Shown one piece after another: positions 27,160-39,099 of a DNA stretch of 64,000 bases. Where the stretch lies: NCBI GenBank assembly GCA_965202585.1, contig OZ241829.1, positions 14,818,001-14,882,000 on the forward strand. Direction: 5' to 3'. Source of the stretch: Thalia democratica (Eukaryota). The notes beneath the pieces are model-generated. The model was not told the DNA's origin. It searched no databases and saw nothing but the letters and a program-made list of their open reading frames with translations. Both the position numbers and the translations under genes were made by a program. Each line of letters opens with the position of its first letter. The stretch's first letter is position 1.

Positions 27160-27550
27160 TGTTTTGTCAGTAAGAAAGGTGCGGTTAACAGTCCCCATCG
27201 CTAAAGGTAATTTTATAAGTATACCGGGCGTCATTAAACCCTCAGCAATTGAAAGAAAGATCGAGCAGGAAAGATAAAGATGGCACTTCCTAAGAGTCTC
27301 TAAATAGGAAACAACTTCAGGGCGTTGATGCCACCACGAAAGAGGATAGCAGTTTGGGATGTTGAACCACAAAACCTAAATGACATAATGAATCTGAAGT
27401 GGCTTGTTAACTCCGAAAAGTTTTCTGGAAATTCGAATTCGATGTCACTCGCATATTTTGTAACATAAGGTAACATAACAAAGCGAGAAGAGCTGAAATG
27501 GAGCTACGGGGAAACACGTTTTTCAAAACCAAAGTCTCAAAACTGGCTAA
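27160..27550 (+). pseudogene. SET8-like SET-domain fragment (copy B)
   Basis: VPIAKGNF..., GVDA(T)TKEDSSLG, AYFVT...REELKWSYGE...QNWLK. Homologous to copies A and C, multiply frameshifted. Confidence 0.7.
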
Positions 27551-28169
27551 AAATTGTTAATAATTATGTGCACGTCAGTAATCAGTTTGAAACATTTGAA
27601 ACTTACAAAATCTTACAAAATATGTTTTTTTTTATACTTTACTTGTGTAATTCTACATTTACAGAATGAAAATTCCCATATGACACCATTGTAGATTTGG
27701 CAATGAAGTTAGTTGAAAAGACTTTTGATTTCCAAACCGTTAGCAGACGTCTATAAATCAATCATAACACTGTTAAACAAGGGATTTTGAGTTTTTTTTA
27801 TTTATTTTGAATAAGTGGTACAAAGGTAAGTTAGCGAAAAATGAAATTATAACCCATATATGATCTGCACTTATAATAAAAGCTCTAGCGAGTTATGTTA
27901 GGATTTCAACTGACGTTTCATGCTAAAAATTACTTTACAAACGCTTTCTTGTAAACATGGTTTAATAGTGTAATTTTGGTTGTAAAAAGCAGTTTGTACT
28001 TTAGTTCAAACCCTACATAACAAAACAATTTAATAATTTTGTTTTATTAATTTTTTTTGTAACAGGTTTTTTTTTAAAGCTGTAACACTAGAAGTTTTTT
28101 CATTAATTAGTTAATTAAAACACTTGCTAAAAAATAAGTTTACAATACTTTTTTTATAAATTTTCCCAG

Positions 28170-28450
28170 GTTTAGTTTTGAGGCCAAATTTTAAGTTTAG
28201 ACAGTGTGTACACTTTGATCAAACTCATGAAATTGATGAAGCAGCCTTAAAATTTCAACTTAGATTACCTACAGAATTAATTCCAATTAAAAACTTTCCA
28301 GCTGGGGACTGTTTGTTCAAGGCTATTTCCAAGTCACTATATGGTACTGAAAACCATCACTAAAACCTAGGGCTCCAAGATTTTATTTGGATGTTGCAAA
28401 ACTAAAGAAAATGCTGTCCAAATTAAAAGACTGTTCATACTAAAGTTGTT
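28170..28450 (+). pseudogene. OTU-like cysteine protease fragment (paralog at ~35960-36240)
   Basis: LIPIKNFPAGDCLFKAISKSLYGTENHH matches the OTU/vertnin-type G.CLFRA.S..LYG.E..H motif; follows a CCCAG acceptor-like site. Confidence 0.65.
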
Positions 28451-29339
28451 TCACTGAATTTGATTTCTCTTAACTATCATTGGTGATAGATGGAGAACAA
28501 GCTCTAATAAATTTAGTATACAAAATATTTCCTAAAAGTTTAGATCCTAATTTAAAGATTAGGTGAAAGTTTAAAGTTTAGATTTAAAATAAGAGGATAA
28601 TATAAATATTGGAAAACCAAACAATAGCTTTAGAAATTAGTAAAATAATTTCTTTCTAATTTAAGTAGTTTTTTGAAAGTAGTTAAGTTTTGTTAACTTG
28701 TATATCTTATAATATAAAGTTTCACTATTATATTTCAAACTATTCATTTATTTTGTTGTAATTTGAAGAAAAAAAAAATTGTCTGATGTAAGTTTGTTTG
28801 TCCTATACTGTTTTACTTTTTAATAAAATTTTTTTAGAGGTAATTAAAAAGACTGAAACCATCAAACATTCAAGCAAAATTCTTATCTGACGATAAAAAG
28901 CTATCTTAATTAAAACAGCATATACTTTGATTAATATCTCCTTACAGAGTTGCTGACTGGTAAGGGAATGCAGATTTAAGCAACAGGGTATTATAAAAGA
29001 AGTAAATGAAGCTAGTTGATTAAATAATAAAAAAGTCTTCAAATACATAAAGTTTATTGACTGAATTGCATTTTGTTATAAACAAAACTTAAGTTAAAAA
29101 GTAAGAATTTTAACAAGGAGAAATTACTAGTTGTTCTAAGCATACTTCAAACAAAATTCTTAGCTGAAGATAAAAAATCTTTATTAGATTAATATTTAAA
29201 AAATCACAAGCAAGAATATAGCTCCGATTGCTGACTTTTAAAAGGTAAGAATGCGTGTTTCAACAGGTTGCTTGATTATAAAATCAATGTAAATTTCTGT
29301 TACGCCACACTAATTAACAGCATTGCTGTTTGATAAAAA

Positions 29340-29762
29340 ACACAAAAGTTGTTGAAAAAAAATCTCTACGAATTGATAACAACTCTTTTGAATTTGTGTT
29401 AACTAAAACTGTTCAAATACAATCTGTAGAGACTGATAATAACTCTTTTGATTTTGTGTTAAATGATGTTGTTGAAATACAATCTGTAAGTACTGCTAAT
29501 AACTGTTTTGATTTGTGTAAAACTGTAAAATAAAGTTGTTGAAAAAAATCTGTAGGGACTGATAACAACTCTTTTGATTTTTTGTTAAATAAATTTGTTG
29601 ATAAATCTGTAGAGACTGATAATAACTCTTTTTATTTTGTGTAAAATAAATTTGTTGAAAAAAATATATAGAGACTGATAATAACTCTTTTGATTTTGTG
29701 TTAAATAAAGTTGCTGAAATACAATCTGTAAATACTGATAATAACTTTTTCAATTTTTTGTT
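29340..29762 (+). repeat. 60-bp minisatellite (~7 copies) encoding a 20-aa repeat
   Basis: Unit ~AAATAAAGTTGTTGAAATACAATCTGTAGAGACTGATAATAACTCTTTTGATTTTGTGTT translates as (N)KVVEIQSVETDNNSFDFVL. Confidence 0.85.
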
Positions 29763-29869
29763 ATATAGAAATTTTACATGAAAAGAAAAACTTAATAACA
29801 ATAAACTATATGTTAATACTGATGCTGCTAGTAGCTTTACTAAATTCATTGACCTGCAAGGAATAACAA

Positions 29870-30280
29870 ATTTTAAGTACAATGCGACAAATGCCTGAAA
29901 TGGTATCACAGATGGTATCTTGAAATGTTGCCCAAACAATTTAAAAAATAAAAGCCTATAAATCTGTGTTGGAGTTGCTCATTATGTGAATATATGTCAG
30001 ATGCTAATAATTCATAAGTATCTGCCACAAATGCTATAGGCAAGTTATAGAAATTGTAAAGAAGATAATTAAAGATAATAGTGGTTGGTTAAGTGAACTA
30101 AACTTTACTGCTTAGTAGATTTTTGTTTTAAAATATAAGTTTATAAAAACCAAGATCGAGTTGTTTAGATTAACAAATTTCAGGTACACTGTGACGATTG
30201 CTTGAAATGTTATAATAGATGCAGTCTTGAAAATCTGTCTAAACAGTTTAACAAAATTCAAGACCTAAAGTTTCAACAGT
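29870..30280 (+). pseudogene. Two PHD-finger-like half domains (third copy at ~33450-33550)
   Basis: VQCDKCLKWYHRW and VHCDDCLKCYNRCS resemble the PHD C..C..W.H..C motif. Confidence 0.55.
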
Positions 30281-31079
30281 TTTGTCATTTTTTAGAAATT
30301 TTTTACTGTGTATTAATCTCATGAAAAGTACTGTGTATGTTTGCCTATAATATGAACAGCAAGTAAAAGTTTCTGGCTGGAGAGGGTGAATAGCAGTCCA
30401 TGTATGAATTTCATGAAATATTATAAATAAACAATAATCAATGTAAAATTTGTAAAAAAAATAATTTAGAATCTAACATGATCACTATAACTGTCAAAGT
30501 TAGGAGACATCTACGTGGTCAAACAACAACTGAACAATTTTAGAGAATTCTAGAGGGTTGATATTTTAGAGATGATTGTAAACTGTAATCTGTTAATCAA
30601 TGGAGGAGGTCATCTAGAATTTGTTCACTTTATACAGTTTCTTTTCCATTTTTTAACTATTTGTTTTTTTTTAAGTCTAATTTTCATACGATGTGGTATA
30701 AGTTTTGATTAAATTAATTCATATAATTAATTTAATTTAGGAACTTGATTATAGTCTACAAAAAGGAATTTAACCTTTTTTTGAGAAATTCTATTAATGA
30801 TACTGAACAAAAAGATAGCCATGGTGAAAGTAAATTCACCAGTTAAAAAATTTGGACCAGTGAATTTGCCAGGGCCTGAAGTAAACAAGACATCTTTCAG
30901 GTTAAATGAGTCGTTTTCCAACATGAATATTGAAAGTCAGGCGTCACATATGCTAGATTTGAAGAAAACTTTTAAACTCAATGTCTCAAATTTCAGTTTT
31001 ACTTACTACGAAAAATAAGTAATGTTGCCTTACTAGGAAATAAAATTGCAGCAGTAATAAAACTGACAAAGTGCTAAGA

Positions 31080-31503
31080 ATTGTTAGTGATACTTTTGCT
31101 TTGCTACTCTCAATTCGATCACGACTGCTCCTTGAGATTTCCTAACGTCAAATGTGATCGCCTGAACGTTATATGCGAGAAACTGAGAGTAGTATATATG
31201 GAAATCTGCAAATATGTTTTATACCACATTTGCACAGTAACCAAAAATAGAAGATTAAAAAGGGTCATTCTACAAACTTCAAACTTTATTGTCGAAAGGT
31301 GACACACGCCTAGAAGATGTTATGCAGAAAATAGGTAGTGTTCATGACACAGCATCCTTAAAACGAACAAAATGTACAAAAATTATAACTAACACTATTG
31401 CACCTATATTCAGAAAACTAATTATAACTGATATGATGGGAAAGAACTGTAGTTTTTACATAGATGACAGCACAGACAAATCAGGATGCAGTTTTCTGGG
31501 CTA
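31080..31503 (+). mobile_element. hAT transposase N-terminal catalytic fragment (paralog at ~35165-35680)
   Basis: KRTKCTKIITNTIAPIFRKLIITDMMGKNCSFYIDDSTDKSGCSFLG matches the hAT RTKCT.II.N.IAP...FS..IDESTD.S motif. Confidence 0.75.
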
Positions 31504-31803
31504 AATGATTTTTAATAATTTTTAACATTTTTTGTTTTTAATGTTTAGTCTACCAACATTTTTTTGAAAACATGGTTTAATAGTGAAGTTTTGTTTGTAA
31601 AAAGCAACTTGTACCTTAGTTCAAACCCTACATAATAAAATAATTTAATAATTTTGTTTTATTAAATTCTTCGTAACAGGTTTCTTTTACAACAGCTATA
31701 ACATTAGAAGTTTTTTCATTAATTAGTAAATTTAAACACTTGCCAGAAAATGAGTTTACAAAACTTTTTTAGGGAGTTTCCCAGGTTTAGCTTTAAGGCC
31801 ACA

Positions 31804-33233
31804 GTAAATATTCAGAGGTTTTGAGTTAATGATAGCTGAGCAGTAAAAGTTGGTCACATCCCAAAATGCAGAATTTTTAGAAACTGAGGTAGAGCTAACT
31901 AATAGGATCATGAAATTCAATAAACAATAAAAAGTATACAATAAAAAAGTTACTGAAATGAATAAAGTCAGATTAACACCCAATGAGATAGTCAAGGCAG
32001 ATTGTATTAAGAAGTGGGATAGAAATTGGGAGACTAAATATAGAGGTGCTCAAAGGGAAATTAGAAAAAACATGGACAAAATTGACGGTTTTGAGGGCAA
32101 AATCATACCTGCAGGAGAGGGCAATAAATATGTTGATATTCCACAGCTGAGTGCAGGGCCAGGTATGGTTAAAAAGTACAGAAAGAAATTTGATGCTGGA
32201 TCAACTTCTAGTACTTTTTCACAGCAAGTCGTCGTTAGAAACCAATTGGCAATGGACAAATTCACAGATTACCACAAGAAGATTAGCAATGACATGAAAA
32301 TGGAAGAATTCAAGGGTCAGATCAGTATGGCTGACATTGACTTCTACTCCTATGACCGGGGTCAAGTTTTTAAGAAGATCTGGAAGTGTGCTGACGAAAA
32401 TTCCATGATCGCCAAGATGAGCGATAAAGAATTCGCTGCCGATGTTACTGATGTTCATATGGTTAGTTAGAGGAACTAACTTTGAGCGAATTAAGAAAGG
32501 ACTGAGTCAAAGAACTCAAGATCGCATAAATGTCTTAATGAATAGGTACGGGTTTAAAACTCGTAAAAAAGATGATACAACCAAGGCGATGGTAAGGCTA
32601 CAAAATGACGACTTAACAGTCTCAAGATTTTGTGATCTGTACCCGATGAGAGTCTGGGCCATTTGGCATAATACTGATAAAGCTCAGAGACCTAGTTTCC
32701 TAACACATACAAATTTAACAGATGAAGAGATAGAACTGGCTAGAAGTCTTCGATGTCCTTCATTACCCTATTTGTGCTCTAAAACCCTACGAGATGGATC
32801 CAAGGATTGTTTTGATTTTAAAAACCTTTTATCCTTTCATTCTATTTTCCTCCTCGACTTCGACTGTCTGATGTTCTCTTGGGTAAAAGGTAGGCCTAAC
32901 ATGCCGGACACTTTTAAGCCACGACTTGGTCTGATTTGCCAAATCGTGAAAAAGAAGGTCATGGCCAAAGATTTTGTGCCTAAAGATGAAAATAAGTTTG
33001 AATCTCTCAATAAAGCAAACCTTATTGTAGGAAATGATCACACTGAAATGAGAGAAAGCCCTGATTTGATCAAGAAGCTTGTGCCCATTGCTGAAAAGAT
33101 TCTCACTGCAGTGATGAACGAACAGGATGCAATTGAAAACTCACTAGAGAATATTTTGAATGACCTCAGAAATAAGAAAGAATTGCCTATTTTAAGGCCT
33201 AGTAAATCCTTAGGTTGTAATGTAAGTAAGTAA
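31804..33233 (+). pseudogene. Endogenous viral element: phenuivirus-like (Bunyavirales) nucleocapsid N gene
   Basis: ORFs 31958-32470 and 32442-33233 join through one frameshift at ~32444. Collinear matches to phlebovirus/tenuivirus N motifs (recalled): DFYSYDRGQVFKKI ~ FAYQGFD.RRV; WLVRGTN ~ ALTRGNK; INVLMNRYGFK ~ VEALINKYKLK; NDDLTVSRF ~ RDELTLSRV; RCPSL ~ MHPSF; FHSIFLLDF ~ AHSLYLLQF. The frame continues upstream to 31808 with two stops. Confidence 0.8.
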
Positions 33234-34291
33234 ATTTTCTTTCTTTATCTTTCCTTCAACTGCCAAACGTTCGTCATTCCAGTTTCATTCTAAGTGCCTT
33301 TTGTTCCACCATTAGACATTCCTCTTAGCTGTACATGACTGTAGGTAAGATTTTATTTCGTTTTTTAGTGCTGCTATACTTAATAGTTCTTTGATTATGT
33401 AGATTCATTGGGAGTTCAATAAAAAAATAATCGTTTAGATTAACAAATTTTAGGTATACTGTGACGATTGCTTGAAATGGTATAATAGATGCAGTCTTGA
33501 AATTCTGCCTAAACAGTTTAACAAAATTCAAGACCTAAAGTTTAAACAGCTTTGTCATTTTTTAGAAATTTTTTACTGTGTATTAATCTCATGAAATGTA
33601 CTGTGTATGTTTGCCTACAATATGAACAGCAAGGAAAAGTTTCTGGCTAGAGAGGATGAATAGCAGTCCATGTATGAATTTTATGTAAAATTATAAATAA
33701 ACAATAATCAATGTAAAATTTGTAAAAACAATAATTTAGAATCTAACATGATCACTATAACTGTCAAAGTTAGGAGACATCTACGTGGTCAAACAACAAC
33801 TGAATAAATTTAGAGAATTCTAGAGAGTTGATATTTTAGAGATGATTGTATACTGTAATCTGTTAATCAATGGAGGAGGTCATCTAGCATTTCTTCACTT
33901 TATACAGCTTCTAAACAAGCCTATATAGTACGAAATCATGAAATTTAATGTAAAAAGTACACTTTTTATTTTTTTAACTATTTATTTTATTTTATTAAAT
34001 CTAATTTTAGTATGATATGGTATAAATAGAGTTACTAATTCAAATTAGGAACTTAACAAAAAAGTCTACAAGAAGGAATTAATGTTTTTTAGAGAAATTC
34101 TTTCATTGATACTGGACAAAAAGGGAGCCATGGTGAAATCAAATTCATCAGTTAAAAAATTTGGACCAGTGAATTTGTGAGGTCCTGAAGTAAACACAAC
34201 ATCTTTCAGGTTACATGAGTCGTTTTCCAACATGGATATTTGAAGTCAGGCGTCACATATGCTAATTTGAAGAAAACTTTTAAACTCAATG

Positions 34292-35159
34292 CAGGGTTCG
34301 TGCGCGAATTATTTCTTTATTTAGCCTGAATGAGACCAATTTAGCCTGACATTTTTTCAAAGTAAGGGAAATACCCTTTAGAAATCATTCAAGGTATTGA
34401 GGGACAGGGACATGGTTAGTACTATTGTAGTCTTCAACTTCAACCAGCTTTATCTCCAAAATATTTTGAGCTTTAAAAATCTGCAAAAAGCAACTCATAC
34501 CTTAGTTATACATCAATAAAATAATACTAAATTGTAAAAAAGGTGATTGACCCCCCTATGCACTAAACATAACAAATTCAGTGATAAGTTTTTAAATAAG
34601 AGTTATGTATAATCTATTATTAGTGTAAAAATTTAATATATAATACTAAACACAATTGTTCAATTTAATTAATCACTAAGTAAAAAAACTATAACCAGAA
34701 GATTTTTATTAAAACGACGTGGTGTTTTATTAAAATTCAAAATGAAACGCTTACAAGAGTATAAAAATTCAAACAAACAGCTAAGTTGTTGAACTAAACT
34801 TTAATGTTTAAACTGTATTTGTTTACTGAACTTTCATAATTATGACATATATAATCTACTCAAAACAAAATAATGAAGATTCTTAAAAAAATTTTAGAGA
34901 TTTAACAAACGGTTCTAAGCATTTGTTTTTACAAATACTGACTAATTTTGTCTTTAATAACTAAATCTTTATTTAGAAATAAATTCACATCTTAATTTGA
35001 TCTTAAAAAGATTTCTCAACTTTTTTTAATAAAAAAATTTCAAGCATTTTAACTGAGAAAAACTGATATTCTCAAATTTTTAAATAAAAAACTGATTTAG
35101 CCTGAAGTTTTTCAACTTTTTTCAAAGAAACTGATTTAGCCTGACGCGCACGAACCCTG
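34292..35159. mobile_element. Non-autonomous DNA transposon with 15-bp perfect TIRs and 6-bp TSD
   Basis: TIR CAGGGTTCGTGCGCG at both ends and TSD TCAATG. The empty site AAACTCAATGTCTCAAA is present in the paralogous unit at ~30975. TTAGCCTGA subterminal repeats occur near both ends. Confidence 0.9.
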
Positions 35160-36872
35160 TCAATGTCTCAAATTTCAGTTTTATTTACTACGAAAAATAA
35201 GTAATGTTGCCTTACTAGGAAATAAAATTGCAGCAGTAATAAAACTAACGAAGTGCTAAGAATTGTTAGTGACAATTTTGCTATTCTACTCTCAATCCTA
35301 TCACCGATTGCTCCTTGATATTTCCTAACATCAAATTTTATCGCCTGAACGCTATGTGCGACAAACTGAAAGTTGAAAATGTGAAAATCTGCAAATGTCT
35401 TACGCCATATTTGCACGGTAACCAAAAATAAAATATTAAAAAGGGTCCTTCTACAAACTCAAAAACTATGTCGAAAGGTGGCACATACATAGTAGATGTT
35501 ATAAGAAAATAAGTTGTGGTCATGACACAGCTACCTCAAAACGAACAAAGTGTACAAAAATTGCAACTAACTTTCTTGCACCTATACTCAGAAAACTAAT
35601 TATAACTGATATGATTGGAAACAGTTGTAGTTTTTACATAGATGACAGCACAGACAAATCAGGATGCAGTTTTCTGGGTTAAATAATTTTTTATAATCTT
35701 TAAAAAATTTTTGTTTTTATTGTTTACTCTACCAAAACTTTGTTGAAAACATGGTTTAATAGTGTAGTTTTGTTTGTAAAAAACAGCTTGTACCTTAGTT
35801 CAAAGCCTCCATAACAAATAAATTAATAATTTTGTTTTATTAAATTTTTCGTAACAGGTTTCTTTTACAAAAGCTATAACATTAGAAGTTTTTTATTAAT
35901 TAGTAAATTGAAATACTTGCCAGAAAATGAGTTTAAAAAAACTTTTTTTAGTGAGTTTCTAAAGTTTAGTTTTAAGGCTACATTTTAAGTTAAGACAGTG
36001 TGTACACTTTGATCAAACTCATGAAATTGATGAAGCAGCCTTAAAGTTTCAACTTAGATTGCCTACAGAATTAATTCCAATAAAAACTTTCCAGCTGGGG
36101 AAAGTTTGTTCAAGGCTATATCCAAGTCACTATATGGTACTGAAGACCATTACTAAAACCTAAAACTCCAAGTTTCTATTTGGATGTTGCAAAATAAAGA
36201 AACTGCTGTCCAAATTAAAAGACTGTTCATACTTAAGTTATTTCACTGAATTTGATTTCTCTAAGCTATTATTAGTGACATGTGTATACAAGCTATAATA
36301 AACTTAGTTTACAAAATATTTTCTGACAGTTAAAAGTTTAGATCCCAATTTAACGATTAGATGAAAAATTTTTAAATAAGAAGATAATATAAATTTTAGA
36401 AAACCAAACAAAAGCTTTAGAAATTAATGAACTAATGTTCTTTTTAATTTAAGTAATTATATGAAAGTAGTAAAGTTTTGTCAACTTATATATCCTATAA
36501 TATAAAATCTTTCATATTATATTTTAAATAATTTATTTATTTTGTTGTAATCTTAAGTTTTTGTCTGATGCAAGTTTGTTTGTCCTATATTATTTTACTC
36601 TTTAATAAAACTTTTCAGAGGTAGTTATTAAAGATTAAAACCATCAAACATTCAATCAAAAGTCTTGTCTGACGAAAGCATTACTGTTTGATAAAAAACA
36701 CAAAAGTAAAAAAATATTGAGTGTAGTAGGTATATTCTATTGAGCATATTACTGAATAACATACTCATTACTTGTTCCATGGTTGCCATAAGTTTTGGCA
36801 AATTTTCTCTAGGTTTTCGAAATTTCCTTTAGTTTTTTAAGTACACCTATTGGGACTATTGTTAGTTTAAAG

Positions 36873-37591
36873 CAGGGGTTGCCAACCAGGGATGCAAGAT
36901 TGCTTATCATTTTTGTTTGATAAATAAGGAGATTTCACTCTCTGATAAAGTTTACAAAGTTAAAAAGTACATTTTGTTATAAAAAGAAGTTGGCGCTAAT
37001 TTTCTGAATAAATTAATTTTGGAAACTTGAACCATTTATAAACCATTTAGAAATACTATCCAAGTCATTTGACGGATATTTTAAAATAGGAGAACTGGAA
37101 ATTTCTGGAGAATGGATAATAAATCCATATTCTTTTAATTTGAATCACATGTCCGATGATGAGTCGTTAAAAGATGAACTTATTGAATTATGCATTTCTC
37201 AAAATGCAGTTTGAAAGCAAAACTCTTGAACAATATTGGTGTTGTTGAATGAATATGTTTCAAAAACTTGGTGAAAAAGCACTAAGTACTCTCATTCCAT
37301 TCGCGACGACTTACTTGTGCGAGTCTCTGGATTTAGTACTCTTTTGTCAATAAAAACTAAATCTAGAAACCGCTTTATGTTTAATTGTTATGTTTTTAAA
37401 TTTACAAGTATTTTAATTTTGTTAGTATAGTACACTATCATAAAAATCAAAATACAAATTATGAATTAATGAAATCAATGACTTTATAATCAAATTATTA
37501 ATAAATAATTATGGCATATAGCGTTAGGGGGTGCGAGATCAAATTAAGAGACTTTAGGGGTGCGGGGCATTAAAAAGGTTGGGAACCACTA
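36873..37591 (+). mobile_element. Internally deleted hAT (Charlie/Buster-type) element
   Basis: TIRs CAGGGGTTGCCAACC / TAGTGGTTCCCAACC and perfect 8-bp TSD GTTTAAAG. Dimerisation-domain remnant ALSTLIPFATTYLCES(GFS)TLLSIKTKSRNRF at ~37260-37378. Confidence 0.9.
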
Positions 37592-38649
37592 GTTTAAAGT
37601 AAAATAATGTGTTAAATAGTATAAAAGTATTAAAAAGACACTGTAAAGCTACTTTAAATGTGATTTTAATAAAAAAAAATTGATGATGAAATAAAATTTT
37701 AATCTTGATTTCTACTTAACATGTAAAAATTGTTTAACAATTCTAGGTTTTTCCAAGATTGCAGGTTTTTTGGCAACCCTGTCTTCAAATAAGACTTGAC
37801 AGTAGTTTTTTTTTCGGATATTTCAAAATTAAACAAAACTTTTTGAATTCAAGATTAAAAAATTGGCTAAAAAATATAATACTTCTGTAACATAATAATA
37901 TAGTTGATCGTTTGCTCAAGCAACCGAAAAAACTAAGACTAAATAAACTTAATATTTTCTGTGTAAAATAATTTTAAACAAGTTTAAAATCTTACCAACA
38001 GAGTCAATGGTGAATAAGGTAAAACAGAAACAAGTGAACCTTAAGCGCTTTGTTTTAAACTTCTCTTTTAATAATTATAACTTAACCAACATCTATAAAA
38101 TCTACAGCAAACTGACAACTTTCAATGTAAGTGCAATAATTTACATTTTAATAATTGGATGAAAAATAGGAGAAATCTAGAGTAAAAGTGTTGGAAAAGA
38201 CAGCAAAAAAAATTCTTGATAAAGTAGTTTTTATTATGTCAATAAAGAATAATTGGTTTTACACTCATTAAATAAAAAAAAATCGGTGAAAATTTGACTT
38301 AATAAAAACAATCTAATAAATAGATTACAATTATCTGAATGTTAAAAAAAGTACAAACAGAAACTCATGCAGTAGCGTTATAAACTTAAACAGTTTAGTT
38401 ACAGATATATCTATTTAATAAAAACAAATATGAGAAGTTTAAGAAATAATACTATTAGCACAGTAGAAAAAAGGAAATCGGGTTTAACACTTAATGGTAA
38501 ACAATGACAAAATCACATCAAAAAAATTCAATACCTAAAGCATTGATTGGTTTGTAGCTTTCAAATTTTGTAGTATGTAATTTTTTTTTTAAAGATATAC
38601 ATTTATTGATTAATCGTGTAAAATTTTTTATTTATAAAAACTAGTTTTG

Positions 38650-39038
38650 ACAGGAAGAGGGGTTCAACATCCCCCATCTCTAAAGATTATTGTTGTTCGT
38701 GTTGCCGGGACTTTATTAAATCCTCAGCAATTGAAGGTATAACGAATTTAACAAAGAAAATAAAGATGATACTTGGTTTTACTTAATCTCTAAATAGGAA
38801 ACGCACACTGAGGAGTTGATGCCACGGAAGAAGATGGCAGTTTGATGTTGAACCGCCAAAACCTAAACGGCCAAATGAAACTGAAGTGGCGTATTATGCC
38901 TGACAAGTTTCCTTGAATTCAAGAACTTGCCTACTTTGTGGCATCAGCTGACATAGTCATAGGAGAAGAGCTGATATGGAGCTTCGTTGGGAGACCAGTA
39001 GTTCCAAACTAAAGTCTAACCCTTGGCTAAAACTTTAA
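38650..39038 (+). pseudogene. SET8-like SET-domain fragment (copy C)
   Basis: TGRGV..., GVDATEEDGSL, AYFVASADIVIGEELIWSF, SNPWLKL*. Confidence 0.75.
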
Positions 39039-39099
39039 ACTAATCATTTGTAACTTTGATATTATAATTTTTTTAAAGCCTAATGTTACCAGAAGAAAA

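Larger units (their letters stand above)
25512..27902 (+). repeat. Direct segmental repeat, copy 1 (copy 2 at 61614-64000)
   Basis: Collinear, highly similar sequence from TTACCCTGAACAGCTTGT to CTCT(A/G)G(C/T)GAGTTATGT, ~36 kb apart. Confidence 0.9.
27930..36710 (+). repeat. Tandem array of ~3.6-kb units (OTU - 60-bp minisatellite - PHD - hAT N-terminus), about 2.3 copies, interrupted by the N EVE and a TIR element
   Basis: The anchor CATGGTTTAATAGTG recurs at ~27956, ~31571 and ~35750. Blocks 30163-31570 and 33433-35750 align, as do 27950-28900 and 35745-36680. Confidence 0.85.
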
